DNA of 64,000 nt from a virus, in IMG/VR virus record IMGVR_UViG_3300050120_000170, positions 1 to 64,000 of that record; one strand, written 5' to 3'. Each line of letters opens with the position of its first letter. The first letter of the stretch is position 1. Below are positions 50,753-60,282 of the stretch, in pieces. The notes beneath the pieces were generated by a model, which was not told the DNA's origin, made no database searches, and saw nothing but the letters and a program-made list of their open reading frames with translations. A program made the position numbers and the translations under genes.

Positions 50753-52641
50753 GCGGCCCCCTCTCTCCCATCATCACGGCAGCCGGCATCGCGTTTATCG
50801 CCGGCAAGTCCGGGGTCCCAATCCAGGACCGGCTGGTGCTGTTCCTCCAGCGATCAGGTGAGGGTGACCACGCGGGCGAATGGTGTTTGCCCGGCGGCAA
50901 GCTGGAGGATGGAGAGACCGCGAAGGAGGCCGCCCGCCGCGAATGTCGTGAGGAGACGGGCGTGGCTCCGAAGGGCGAGTTGTTCCTGCTCACCCGTACC
51001 AAAAAGGTTTACGAGGTCGCCGTCCCCACGGCGCCAGATGGCACGGCGGCGGCTGCGCCTCCTCCCTTGAGTCCCGCCGTGCCGCTGGGCCCCGTCATCG
51101 ACTTCACGACCTACGCCCAGAAGATTGAAGCCCCATTCGAGGTCAAGCTGGACGGCGAGCATACGGCCTACACCTGGGCTCCGGCTAACCGGCCTCCCCA
51201 GCCGCTCCACCCGGGCGTTGCCATCTCGCTCGCCCGGCTCTCGATGAATGAACTGGATATCGCCGAGGCGATGGTCCGGGGTGATCTTCTCTCGCCACAG
51301 TACCACCACAATATGGCGATGTTCGATATGCGCATCACCGGGACCGGGATGGCCTACCGCCGGGGCATCAAGGAGTACGTGTTCCGCAAGCCGGAGATTT
51401 ACCTCAACGACACGTTCCTGAAGCGGTGTAACGGGCTCAACGTGATCCTGGAGCACCCCGAGAAGGCCACCTTGGACAGCAAGGAGTTCGGCGACCGGAT
51501 CGTGGGCAACATATTCGTCCCCTACATCAAGGGTGACGAGGTATGGGGCATCGCAAAAGTTTACGACGACACAACTATCAGGATGCTGGAGACAGGTCAA
51601 CTCTCCACCTCCCCGTCAGTTGTGTTTCGAGACCCCAAGACCACGAACAGCAAGATCACCTTAGACGGTGGGGAGACTGTTCTGATCGAGGGTGATCCTA
51701 ACCTTTTGGACCATCTCGCCATCTGTCCAAAGGGAGTTTGGGATAAGGGCGGGGAGCCGAGAGGCATTGAGTTTGAAACCAGAAAGGACGACGACATGAC
51801 CCCCGAAGAACAGGCTGCTGCCGACAAGGCCAAGAAGGACGCCGAGATTGCAGCGGCGGACAAGGCCCGGAAGGACGCCGAGGAGAAGGAAGCCAAGGAG
51901 AAGGCTGACGCAGAACGCGCCAAGGCGGACGCCGAGGCCGGTCAGAAGCTGGACAAGCTTCTGACCTGCGTTGACTCGCTGGCTGGGCGTATGGACGCCT
52001 GGGACGCGAAGGAGAAGGCCAAGGCCGATGCCGAGGCGGAGGAGAAGCGCAAGGCGGGTGATCCGGATCAGGTCGCTGCCGACAAGGCCAAGAAGGACGC
52101 CGAGGCGGAGAAGGCGGACAAGGCCCGGAAGGACGCCGAGGAGAAGGAGAAGGCGGACCGCGCTAGGGCGGACGCTGAGACCCGGGACAGCATCCAGAAG
52201 CTGGCCGATGCAATCCCCAAGCCGATGTCGGATGACGAGCTGAACGCCATGGCTGACGCTCAGTCGCGTGCGGACAGCATCTGGTCCACCTTCGGCAAGT
52301 CCGCCCCCCGGCCCCTGCCCGGTGAGAACCTTCTCCAGTACCGTCGCCGCAATGCGTCGGCACTCAAGGTCCACAGCCCGGCCTACAAGGACGTGGACCT
52401 CTCGGCGATTGCGGACGATGACAACGGCCTCAAGATGTTCGAGGCGGTGGAGAAGGTCATCTATGCCGACGCGGAGCGCGCAGGCAATTCTCCGGCGGAT
52501 GTGCCGGTGGATACCCTCATGGAGACACGTAGGCCGGACGTTACTGGCCGCCAGGTCTCTACCTTCCGTGGTCAGCCGAGGGCCTGGATGGATGGTTTCT
52601 CGGGTCACCGCCGCCGCCTCACCGGCATCCGTAACCGCTAA
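50731..52641 (+). CDS. Nudix hydrolase fused to prohead scaffold/protease-like (DUF2213-like) and coiled-coil domains
   Basis: Complete Nudix box GGKLEDGETAKEAARRECREETGV. The central domain is LNVILEHPEK..IVGNIFVPYIKGDEVWGIAKVYD. There is a long KAKKDAE-type coiled coil. The start could instead be the TTG at 50749. Confidence 0.6.
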   Translation: MGLGVRLSGPLSPIITAAGIAFIAGKSGVPIQDRLVLFLQRSGEGDHAGEWCLPGGKLEDGETAKEAARRECREETGVAPKGELFLLTRTKKVYEVAVPTAPDGTAAAAPPPLSPAVPLGPVIDFTTYAQKIEAPFEVKLDGEHTAYTWAPANRPPQPLHPGVAISLARLSMNELDIAEAMVRGDLLSPQYHHNMAMFDMRITGTGMAYRRGIKEYVFRKPEIYLNDTFLKRCNGLNVILEHPEKATLDSKEFGDRIVGNIFVPYIKGDEVWGIAKVYDDTTIRMLETGQLSTSPSVVFRDPKTTNSKITLDGGETVLIEGDPNLLDHLAICPKGVWDKGGEPRGIEFETRKDDDMTPEEQAAADKAKKDAEIAAADKARKDAEEKEAKEKADAERAKADAEAGQKLDKLLTCVDSLAGRMDAWDAKEKAKADAEAEEKRKAGDPDQVAADKAKKDAEAEKADKARKDAEEKEKADRARADAETRDSIQKLADAIPKPMSDDELNAMADAQSRADSIWSTFGKSAPRPLPGENLLQYRRRNASALKVHSPAYKDVDLSAIADDDNGLKMFEAVEKVIYADAERAGNSPADVPVDTLMETRRPDVTGRQVSTFRGQPRAWMDGFSGHRRRLTGIRNR

Positions 52642-52699
52642 CCACAGCCACCCACCCGGGGCTTAATCGCCTCAGCGGCCTGTAGCAAGGAAAGACCAA

Positions 52700-53578
52700 A
52701 TGTCCATCGCTTTCAATCCGTCCGTTACGACCAATGCGGGCGGTACCTTCAATGTTACCACCGAGGGCTACATCCAGGGCACCGCCCTGAATGATCCCGC
52801 GATCCGGAACCAGCTGGCCGGGGGCATTCTCGCCTCCAGCGAGACCCTCCCCATGTGGGGTGGTGTTGGTATCTCGGAGAACGTCCCCACCCCGGGCACG
52901 AACGGTTCGCCGCTCGCTTCCCTGGGTCCCACGCTCGTTCGTGCCAGCCAGATTGCCGTGTCCGGTTCTCCGGCGGCGGGCGACCTCACCGGCTTCTCGG
53001 TGTTTGACCAGGATCACTCCATGGTCACGACCCCGCAGAGCCCGGTACCATCAGCCGGCAACGGCATGGGTGTCAACTTCTACCGGCTCGGATCGGGTGC
53101 CCGCATCGCGGTCGCTATTGACCCGGCCCTGGTGGACCTGGAGGGTAACATCATTACCCAATTGGTCTCCTGGGACTTCGTCAACCAGCGTCTCGTTCCC
53201 TACGAGGCGGCAGAGGCTCAGATTGCGATTACGTCGCAGACCTGGGCTGGCGGCGTGGTTACGGTCGTTACCACCACGGCTCATAACCTGGCGGTGGGTG
53301 ACGACGCCAACATCTCGGGTGCGGTTCCGGCGGGTTACAACGGTTCAGTGACCGTCGTATCCACGGCGGACAATACCCACTTCACCTACGCCCTGGCGGC
53401 GGAGCCGGGCGGTGTTTCTCCGGCGACGACCCCGGGTGTCATCCTCAAGGGCGGCGGAGCCCTCCCCGTCCGCATTATGGACGTCAACATCGGTGGCTCG
53501 ATGACAGTTGTCTACAGTGCCACCACCGGCTTTGTAACGTGGAACCGTTCGGGCTCCACGGCCATCATCCTGATCTGA
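52700..53578 (+). CDS. virion structural protein carrying the shared 61-aa domain (head-associated)
   Basis: AAGGAAAGA SD. Lies between the scaffold and major capsid genes. Domain at 53228-53410. Confidence 0.55.
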   Translation: MSIAFNPSVTTNAGGTFNVTTEGYIQGTALNDPAIRNQLAGGILASSETLPMWGGVGISENVPTPGTNGSPLASLGPTLVRASQIAVSGSPAAGDLTGFSVFDQDHSMVTTPQSPVPSAGNGMGVNFYRLGSGARIAVAIDPALVDLEGNIITQLVSWDFVNQRLVPYEAAEAQIAITSQTWAGGVVTVVTTTAHNLAVGDDANISGAVPAGYNGSVTVVSTADNTHFTYALAAEPGGVSPATTPGVILKGGGALPVRIMDVNIGGSMTVVYSATTGFVTWNRSGSTAIILI

Positions 53579-53627
53579 TCGCCCTAGTCTGGCGTCACGA
53601 CAAAACCTGATAAGGAGAAACTAGACT

Positions 53628-54650
53628 ATGGCAAACCTTGCCGCCTCGTTTGTGACGGTCAATCCGTCCTATATCGCTCCGGACATCATCCTGCCCTACT
53701 CGCAGGCGTCCGGGGCGTTTGAAACCGTTGCCGATGGGCAGCCGCTTGCGCGGCTCTCCGAGGGCGACCTCTATGCTTACATCAAGCGCATGGACGTGCG
53801 CACGAAGGTCGCGGCAGGGCAGTCAGCCTACAACCTGCTCCCGTCGATCAGCACCACGATGTCCATGATCAGCACCCCCTCCTATCTCCTCCGCGTCCGT
53901 GGCGAATACGACCACCACGACACGGCGGCGATGGGACGTTGGGGCGTGTCGATTGTCGAGGCCCAGCGCCTCGGCATGCGCCAGGGACACTTCCAGCTCG
54001 CCCGAGCGGCGCTGCTGTACGGGTTCCAGCCGGCAAACGGCGAGGGCCTCCTGAATACCCAGGGTGCCACCGCCGTCAATCTCCCGCCGGACAGCAACGC
54101 GCACGACACGGTGGTAACCTACGATCCGGGCCAGATGGGCGTGTTCCTTCTGACCCAGTTCTCGGCGCTGAAGACCCGGACCAACCAGCTCGGGATCGGC
54201 CACAAGTTCGTCATCCTCGGACCGCAGCGCGTTCTCGGGGCGTTTGAATACCAGAACATTGTTCAGGTCACCTCGTTCCAGCGCGCAGGTGCCGGTTCAA
54301 CCTCCACCGCCGGTATGGTGAAGGACGTTCTGGAAATGAACGACGACGAGATTGTCTGGGCCTACGACGACACCCTGATCGGCAAGGGTGCCGGCGGGAA
54401 CGACGCGGTGATCATCGTGATGCCCGAGGTGAAGAAGCCCAACGGCGGAAAGATCAACACCAACGAGTTCGCCAAGTTGGCGCCGGGCATGGAAGCCTGC
54501 ACGCTGATGTACTGCGATATGGCTGCCCCTCGGGAAATCCCGACACCGCTGCCGGGTGGTGCCATTGACGTTCTGTCCGAATGGCGTATCACCTCGGGTT
54601 GGGGCGTTCGCCCCGAGGCGATCACCATTATCTCGATGCAATACCAGTAA
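53628..54650 (+). CDS. major capsid protein
   Basis: 340 aa, strong AAGGAGA SD, downstream of the scaffold, followed by a hairpin. Called from position and size, compatible with an HK97 fold. Confidence 0.7.
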   Translation: MANLAASFVTVNPSYIAPDIILPYSQASGAFETVADGQPLARLSEGDLYAYIKRMDVRTKVAAGQSAYNLLPSISTTMSMISTPSYLLRVRGEYDHHDTAAMGRWGVSIVEAQRLGMRQGHFQLARAALLYGFQPANGEGLLNTQGATAVNLPPDSNAHDTVVTYDPGQMGVFLLTQFSALKTRTNQLGIGHKFVILGPQRVLGAFEYQNIVQVTSFQRAGAGSTSTAGMVKDVLEMNDDEIVWAYDDTLIGKGAGGNDAVIIVMPEVKKPNGGKINTNEFAKLAPGMEACTLMYCDMAAPREIPTPLPGGAIDVLSEWRITSGWGVRPEAITIISMQYQ

Positions 54651-54667
54651 GCACCGAGAGAACTCTA

Positions 54668-54697
54668 CGGCCCGGGGGAGACCTCCTCGGGCCGGTT
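54668..54697 (+). terminator. GC-rich hairpin after capsid gene (attenuator or terminator)
   Basis: CGGCCCG..CGGGCCG core stem with extended pairing. Only a weak T-tract. Confidence 0.45.
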
Positions 54698-54726
54698 CCT
54701 CTGAAAATCAAGGGAGACTACCCTCT

Positions 54727-55281
54727 ATGACTAAGATGTACGTTGCCAACTGTACGAACCAGGTTCAGCAGTTCGTCTACCGGCTGCCGGAAATCCCGGC
54801 CCCTCGTTCGCAGACCATTGATATCGGTCGCCAGGTTCTCCTCTCGGGAGAACTCACCACCAAGGATATCGAGGCGATCATCAAGCAGCATTCCAAGTAC
54901 GGCTTCAAGTCCGTCCAAGAGGTGGAGCAGAAGTCCAACGCGGGCGAGCGTCCGTTTGTCGGGCTCGTCTACTCGCTGGACAAGTATATCAATGTCGAGA
55001 AGATCAAGCGGGTTCTCCTGCTTAACCACAACGTGTTGATCCTCCGGGGTAGTCAACAGCGGAAGGCCGCCGCCGTCGCCGCCAGCGATGCGATCAACCA
55101 GCAGACCGAGGGCACACCCCTCGCCCTGAAGGCTCTGGAACTCCAGGCCGAAGAAATGGCCGACAACAAGAACCCGAACCCCGAGTTCAACGAGGGTGTG
55201 CGGGTCTCTTCAGAGGAGACGCCCACCGAGACAACGGGACGCAATCGTAAGTCCCGCGCCTCCCGCGCCTCCGAGGCATAG
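54727..55281 (+). CDS. virion-associated protein, unknown function
   Basis: Start moved to MTKMYVANC (GGGAGA SD). Confidence 0.5.
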   Translation: MTKMYVANCTNQVQQFVYRLPEIPAPRSQTIDIGRQVLLSGELTTKDIEAIIKQHSKYGFKSVQEVEQKSNAGERPFVGLVYSLDKYINVEKIKRVLLLNHNVLILRGSQQRKAAAVAASDAINQQTEGTPLALKALELQAEEMADNKNPNPEFNEGVRVSSEETPTETTGRNRKSRASRASEA

Positions 55282-55286
55282 CGACG

Positions 55287-55763
55287 ATGGGCCAGGGACC
55301 AACTCAGGCGGGCTTCAATAGCTTTGTTCAGCAGCAGATGGGGATCGCAACGGCGGTGTTGCCCGTTGACTCCATCTACCTCGTCTGGGCTTACCAGCAG
55401 TCCCTGGCCCTCGTTAATCAAATGATAGCTACGGCTTCCTCGGTGATGTACCTGGTTGCCGTGTACAACCTCGCCGGGGCGATCCTCCTCGATATCGCCC
55501 AGGATGTTGCTAACGCACCTCCGGTGACCGGCTCCAAGCCCCCTCAGCCCTTCTTCGCGTACACCCGAACGCGGCTAAACCTCAATTCATTCGTGACCGG
55601 GGTTATCTCGTCCACTTCGGACGAGGGCACCTCTGAGTCCCTGGTCGTCCCTGACCAGCTGAAGAACCTCACTATTGCGGACCTCCAGCTGGCCAAGACG
55701 CCCTGGGGTCAGCGATATCTCGGCATTGCCCAGTCCGTAGGTTCGGATTGGGGCATGAGCTAG
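55287..55763 (+). CDS. head-tail connector-region protein
   Basis: 158-aa ORF, called from its position in the module. Confidence 0.45.
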   Translation: MGQGPTQAGFNSFVQQQMGIATAVLPVDSIYLVWAYQQSLALVNQMIATASSVMYLVAVYNLAGAILLDIAQDVANAPPVTGSKPPQPFFAYTRTRLNLNSFVTGVISSTSDEGTSESLVVPDQLKNLTIADLQLAKTPWGQRYLGIAQSVGSDWGMS

Positions 55764-55776
55764 AAGGATAAAACCC

Positions 55777-56154
55777 ATGTCCCCCTTTCCCGGTCCCCCG
55801 GTTGTTTCCCCCGATGCCTCGGGTAACGTCCCAGTAGTTGTTCAAGGTAACGCTTCGGTAGTCATCCAAGGTCCCGGTGGGATTAACGGGTCTCCGCTCG
55901 GGTTTCAGAGCGAGGCCCTGACCAACGCGGCAGCGGTAGCGTTGCCCGCTATCCCGGCGGGCACGATCTACGCGACCGTGACCCCGAGCGTGGCCGCGAC
56001 CTACCGGGACGACGGGGTGGCCCCTACGTCCACGGTTGGTGTGCCGATGAACGCTGGGCAGTCCTATACGTTCTCGGGTCCCCAACTGGCTACGATCAAG
56101 TTCATTGCCGTGGGGGTCACGGCGGGGACCCTCAACGCCTCTTACTACAACTAA
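55777..56154 (+). CDS. head-tail connector-region protein
   Basis: 125-aa ORF. Confidence 0.45.
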   Translation: MSPFPGPPVVSPDASGNVPVVVQGNASVVIQGPGGINGSPLGFQSEALTNAAAVALPAIPAGTIYATVTPSVAATYRDDGVAPTSTVGVPMNAGQSYTFSGPQLATIKFIAVGVTAGTLNASYYN

Positions 56155-56567
56155 TGAAGCTTCACCTCGGGGTCATTGACTTCCCGTACACTTACGGGGA
56201 CAAGGCAATGACCACAGGCGACGTGGCCGTGATCCTAGAGGACAAATACGAGATCATGGGGACCTACTGGGAGAAGCATGGCCAGGAGGGGGCGGACGCC
56301 CTCGCCGAGGGCATGGCCGGGACCCTGGAGAGCCTCCTGATGGGGGCTCCCCCTACCCAGGACCCGTTCGGGACGGGAACGAGCAAGATTGAGGACGGCT
56401 TCAGGAAGTTCCTGGACGCCAGGGAGATGGACGGGATTGAGGGTATCCCGACGCAGGCCTCCCTAGACGGCGTGAACTCCCGGCTCAAGAAGCAGAGCGG
56501 GGATCAGCGTCCCTCGTTCATCGACGGCGGCCTGTACCAATCCAGCTTCAAGGCGTGGGTGAAGTAA
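56154..56567 (+). CDS. head-tail connector-region protein
   Basis: 137-aa ORF with a TAATG overlap. Confidence 0.45.
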   Translation: MKLHLGVIDFPYTYGDKAMTTGDVAVILEDKYEIMGTYWEKHGQEGADALAEGMAGTLESLLMGAPPTQDPFGTGTSKIEDGFRKFLDAREMDGIEGIPTQASLDGVNSRLKKQSGDQRPSFIDGGLYQSSFKAWVK

Positions 56568-56568
56568 A

Positions 56569-57765
56569 ATGCCCACCCTAGACGAGGTGATGGGGGCCAA
56601 GACTAGCTTCGCAGCGGACGCGGCCACCGGGGTCCAGGTTCTGTCCGACATGGGCAATGTCGTTTTTGACCTCTACCACCGGACCGTCCTCCCGCTGGAC
56701 GGTTACGTGTTTTGGGTTCAGGACGCGGACGCCGAGACTTCAATCACGGTCTCCGGGTCCCTTCACTATGACACGGACTTCCGGCAGGACGAGAGCAACA
56801 ACTATGCGGCCTCCCGCTGCGTCTTCACGTCCCTAACCGAGGTCAACGACCTCCGCGACGTGGGACCGAATGAGTGTTACATCGCCACACAGGGCAACCT
56901 CGTGTTCGCGTTCTCGTCTCGGGGCTACTTCTACAAGAAGGTTGACCTGTACCACTATCGGGGGTTCGCGACATACAACGACGTTCTGACCCAGGTCGTC
57001 CCGGCGGGAACGAACCTGCACGCGGACGAGGTTATTGTCTCCAACAGCCTCCCTATCTGGCTCTCCTTCAACAGTTACGTGGCAGGCTACGGGTTCACGA
57101 CCTCGGGCGTGGCCTCCTATCCATCCTTCCTCGTTCCGGACAACGAGGAGCCACCGTATGCTGCGGTGCACATCCTCCCGGAAACAACTCAGGCCCTCGG
57201 CGGTGCCCCCCGGCTAACGACTGCCCCGGCGGCCCTTGTCCTGACATCCCTGGCATGGGCCGGGGGGATCGTGACGGCGACCACGGCAGCGCCGCACGGA
57301 ATTACTACTCCGGCGGCCTTGATCACGATAGCAGGAGCGGTTCCGGCGGGTTACAACGGCACGGTGGCCGCGAAGATTACGGGGGCCTCCACGTTCACCT
57401 ACCCGCTGGCAGCTAACCCGGGGGCGGAGACGGCTCCGGGAACCTACAAGGCAGCCGGGACGACGGCGGGAACGAGCCATGATCAACTCGTCCAGGAGCG
57501 GGTTCGGGTCACGCTGACTGGACTCAACAACGAACAGGCCCTGAACTTTATTGACTTCGTCAATCAGTTCACGCTGGATAACCCGGGTGTGCTCGGGGTT
57601 ATGAACCAGCCGGTTCCTCGGGACGAGAAGCGGACCCAGAACGAGCTGCGTGTCATTGGTCAGAAGAAGACCATAGAGTTTCAAGTTAATTACTATCAAA
57701 GCGCCGTCTTCGATATAGCCCAGAGGCTGATTGAGACGGTGAATATCAGCTTCACCCCTCAATAG
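56569..57765 (+). CDS. virion structural protein carrying the shared 61-aa domain
   Basis: 398 aa. Domain at 57241-57423. Confidence 0.5.
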   Translation: MPTLDEVMGAKTSFAADAATGVQVLSDMGNVVFDLYHRTVLPLDGYVFWVQDADAETSITVSGSLHYDTDFRQDESNNYAASRCVFTSLTEVNDLRDVGPNECYIATQGNLVFAFSSRGYFYKKVDLYHYRGFATYNDVLTQVVPAGTNLHADEVIVSNSLPIWLSFNSYVAGYGFTTSGVASYPSFLVPDNEEPPYAAVHILPETTQALGGAPRLTTAPAALVLTSLAWAGGIVTATTAAPHGITTPAALITIAGAVPAGYNGTVAAKITGASTFTYPLAANPGAETAPGTYKAAGTTAGTSHDQLVQERVRVTLTGLNNEQALNFIDFVNQFTLDNPGVLGVMNQPVPRDEKRTQNELRVIGQKKTIEFQVNYYQSAVFDIAQRLIETVNISFTPQ

Positions 57766-57779
57766 GAGCGCGGGACACC

Positions 57780-59162
57780 ATGGCTAACCCGATTGTTAAT
57801 GTAACTGTGAACGTCATCGCGGCTCCGGCACCGAACAATCTTCAGAAGAAGGGAGCCATCATCTCTCAGGGGGCCACGACCTTGGGGAATGGTAATACCA
57901 GTCTCATCACTCAGGTCGCGGACCTGACGGCGATTGCGGCGACCCCGAAGGCCCTCGCCTCGATTGCCTGGGCTGGAAATCTGGCGACGGCAACCACGAC
58001 GGCTCCGCACGGTCTCACGAATGGGGACGTTATTCCGCTAACGATTGCGGGAGCGGTGCCCTCCGGGTATGACGGCTCGTTTCAGTGCACTATCACCGGG
58101 GCCTCCACGTTCACCTATCCGCTGGCGGTTAACCCGGGGACGACCCCCGCAAGCACCCCCGGGACCTATATCCCCACCGATAGCCTGGAGCTCAATACTC
58201 AGGTGGCTACGTTCTTTGCTCAAGGTTCCCAGCAGTCCGTCTACGTTCTGGAGCTGGGGGCCGGGACGGCGGTGGAGGGTATCGCGGCTCTGTCCGCCTA
58301 TATCACCGCAAACCCGGGTTGCTTCTATCGCTACCTGCTCCCGCGCGAATGGGACGCTGCGCAGACGCAGCTACTTCCGTTTATCTCGTTGTTCGAGAGC
58401 ACCACGGCTAAGACGTATTTTCATATTACGTCAACGCTGGCTACCTATACCGGCTACACCAACACGATGAAGTCTGCGGTCGTCTTTATCGAGAGCCCGA
58501 ACGCGAACCCCGCTGCCGAGTTCGGGGCGGCCTGGCCGTTCTGGAGAATGCTCAGCCAGAACCCGTCCGCGACGAATAAGGCTCAGCCGCTCGCTTTTGC
58601 CTACGGGTTCGGGGTCACGCCCTACCCGACAAAGGGCAACGCGGCTCTGTTCTCCACACTCAAGGCGGCTTACGTCAACTGGGCGGGCACCGGAGCCGAG
58701 GGCGGGATCAGCGACGTTATCCTGTTCTGGGGCACGACGATGGACGGGCGAGATGGCCTGTATTGGTACGCCATCGACTGGGCTCAGATCAATATTGATC
58801 TCAACATCTCGAATGCGGTCATCAACGGCTCAAACTCTCAGCCGCCGCTCGATTACAACCAGGACGGCATCAACTCTCTCCAGGCCGTGGCTGCGGCCAC
58901 TCTGGCGAGTGGCGTCTCGTTCGGCCTCCTTGTCGGAACCGTCAAGCAGACCGAGTTAAGCGGAGCAGCGTTTGACGTCAATTTCGCAAACGGGGTCTAT
59001 GCGGGTATGGCGGTGATCAATGCAATCCCGTTTGCTACCTATGTGGCTTCCAACCCGTCTGACTACCCGGACGGCATCTATGACGGCTTCTCAGCCGTGA
59101 TTACGACTGCCCGGGGCTTCGTGACCATCGGGTTCGTGATCAACGTCACCGACTTCGTTTAA
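57780..59162 (+). CDS. tail sheath-like protein carrying the shared 61-aa domain
   Basis: 460 aa, immediately upstream of the tube, chaperone and tape-measure genes. Domain at 57957-58139. Confidence 0.55.
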   Translation: MANPIVNVTVNVIAAPAPNNLQKKGAIISQGATTLGNGNTSLITQVADLTAIAATPKALASIAWAGNLATATTTAPHGLTNGDVIPLTIAGAVPSGYDGSFQCTITGASTFTYPLAVNPGTTPASTPGTYIPTDSLELNTQVATFFAQGSQQSVYVLELGAGTAVEGIAALSAYITANPGCFYRYLLPREWDAAQTQLLPFISLFESTTAKTYFHITSTLATYTGYTNTMKSAVVFIESPNANPAAEFGAAWPFWRMLSQNPSATNKAQPLAFAYGFGVTPYPTKGNAALFSTLKAAYVNWAGTGAEGGISDVILFWGTTMDGRDGLYWYAIDWAQINIDLNISNAVINGSNSQPPLDYNQDGINSLQAVAAATLASGVSFGLLVGTVKQTELSGAAFDVNFANGVYAGMAVINAIPFATYVASNPSDYPDGIYDGFSAVITTARGFVTIGFVINVTDFV

Positions 59163-59177
59163 CAAGGAGACTGATCT

Positions 59178-59618
59178 ATGGCTGGCAATCCGCTTGTTGC
59201 CCAGGGCGTCCTCAATCGTATCCGGGGATCGGTCACCTGGGATAGCTTTAACGCCCTCAACGTCACGGCGGCCTATTTGGGCCGGGAGGGCATCCGCCTC
59301 GCTATCGAGGGGGCGGCCTCCAAGCCCATCCCGACGATGACGGGCGTGGTACAGTCACCGGAGGCCTACCTCATGGTGTCTCTAACCCTGAACCTTCTGA
59401 AGTCTCAGGCCCTCGCCGATGCCTACAAGTCCCAGATTGAGCTCAGCTCTCTCCTGGGAGATTGTACCGTTCGCCCGGACTCCACGACGCTGTCCCCGTA
59501 CTCCCTGCTCAATTGCTCGATCAATCCGCCGAGCGATCAGGACTTCAGCGGCGAGAACGCGGGCTATGTAGTCAAGGCCACCGGGTATTACCTGGTCAAC
59601 GCAAACCTCTGGAACTAA
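59178..59618 (+). CDS. tail tube-like protein
   Basis: 146 aa with an AAGGAGA SD. Called from its position between the sheath-like and chaperone genes. Confidence 0.55.
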   Translation: MAGNPLVAQGVLNRIRGSVTWDSFNALNVTAAYLGREGIRLAIEGAASKPIPTMTGVVQSPEAYLMVSLTLNLLKSQALADAYKSQIELSSLLGDCTVRPDSTTLSPYSLLNCSINPPSDQDFSGENAGYVVKATGYYLVNANLWN

Positions 59619-59625
59619 AATCGTC

Positions 59626-60282
59626 ATGAAGATTGACCAGCAACTCAAGATCGTCCTCCCGCTCGATGTCGAGGGGACGCCCAAGGCGGAGGTCCCCGTC
59701 CTGGGGCCTGACGGGGCTCCGCTTGTCGTGGACGGTAAACCTGTAACCCAGTTGGTCCCGCAGCCGTATTACGTCTATTCGGCTCCGCTCTCCCGGAAAG
59801 TGTTCGAGCGTTACTGGCTAGTGTTCAGTAAAACCTTCGCGCAGATATACAACGAGGGCCTCCATGTCACCGCCGGTCCCCGGATCGCGGCGATGGCTAT
59901 GCGGGAGATTGCGGGCTCCCTCGGGCGGCTGGAGGGCATCGACGGGGTGGAGCACGGCGTATTTGACGAGATACGACGAACCACCACGATTGCTATGCCT
60001 ACCGATAAGGGCTGGCAGCAAGTCATCCTGGACGACGCAGTAAAGGGAGGCCTCATCAGTGACGAGGACTTCTCGGAGGTGGAAAACATCCTTGCTTTTT
60101 TTACTGTGATCTCAGCCATGCATCGCGCGGATCAACGCCGTCCGATCCTGGAGGGGGCTGCGAGACTTTGGGATGCGCAAATTATATCGTCAAGCTTTTC
60201 GGCGTTTATCGCTTCCTTGCCGAAGTTGACCGTGATCGCCAATTCTGGCGTGAGGATGGTGGGGTCGTCAGCACCATCCTAG
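59626..60282 (+). CDS. tail assembly chaperone (G-like)
   Basis: 218 aa directly before the tape measure gene. Contains the T TTT TTT heptamer in frame. Confidence 0.5.
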   Translation: MKIDQQLKIVLPLDVEGTPKAEVPVLGPDGAPLVVDGKPVTQLVPQPYYVYSAPLSRKVFERYWLVFSKTFAQIYNEGLHVTAGPRIAAMAMREIAGSLGRLEGIDGVEHGVFDEIRRTTTIAMPTDKGWQQVILDDAVKGGLISDEDFSEVENILAFFTVISAMHRADQRRPILEGAARLWDAQIISSSFSAFIASLPKLTVIANSGVRMVGSSAPS

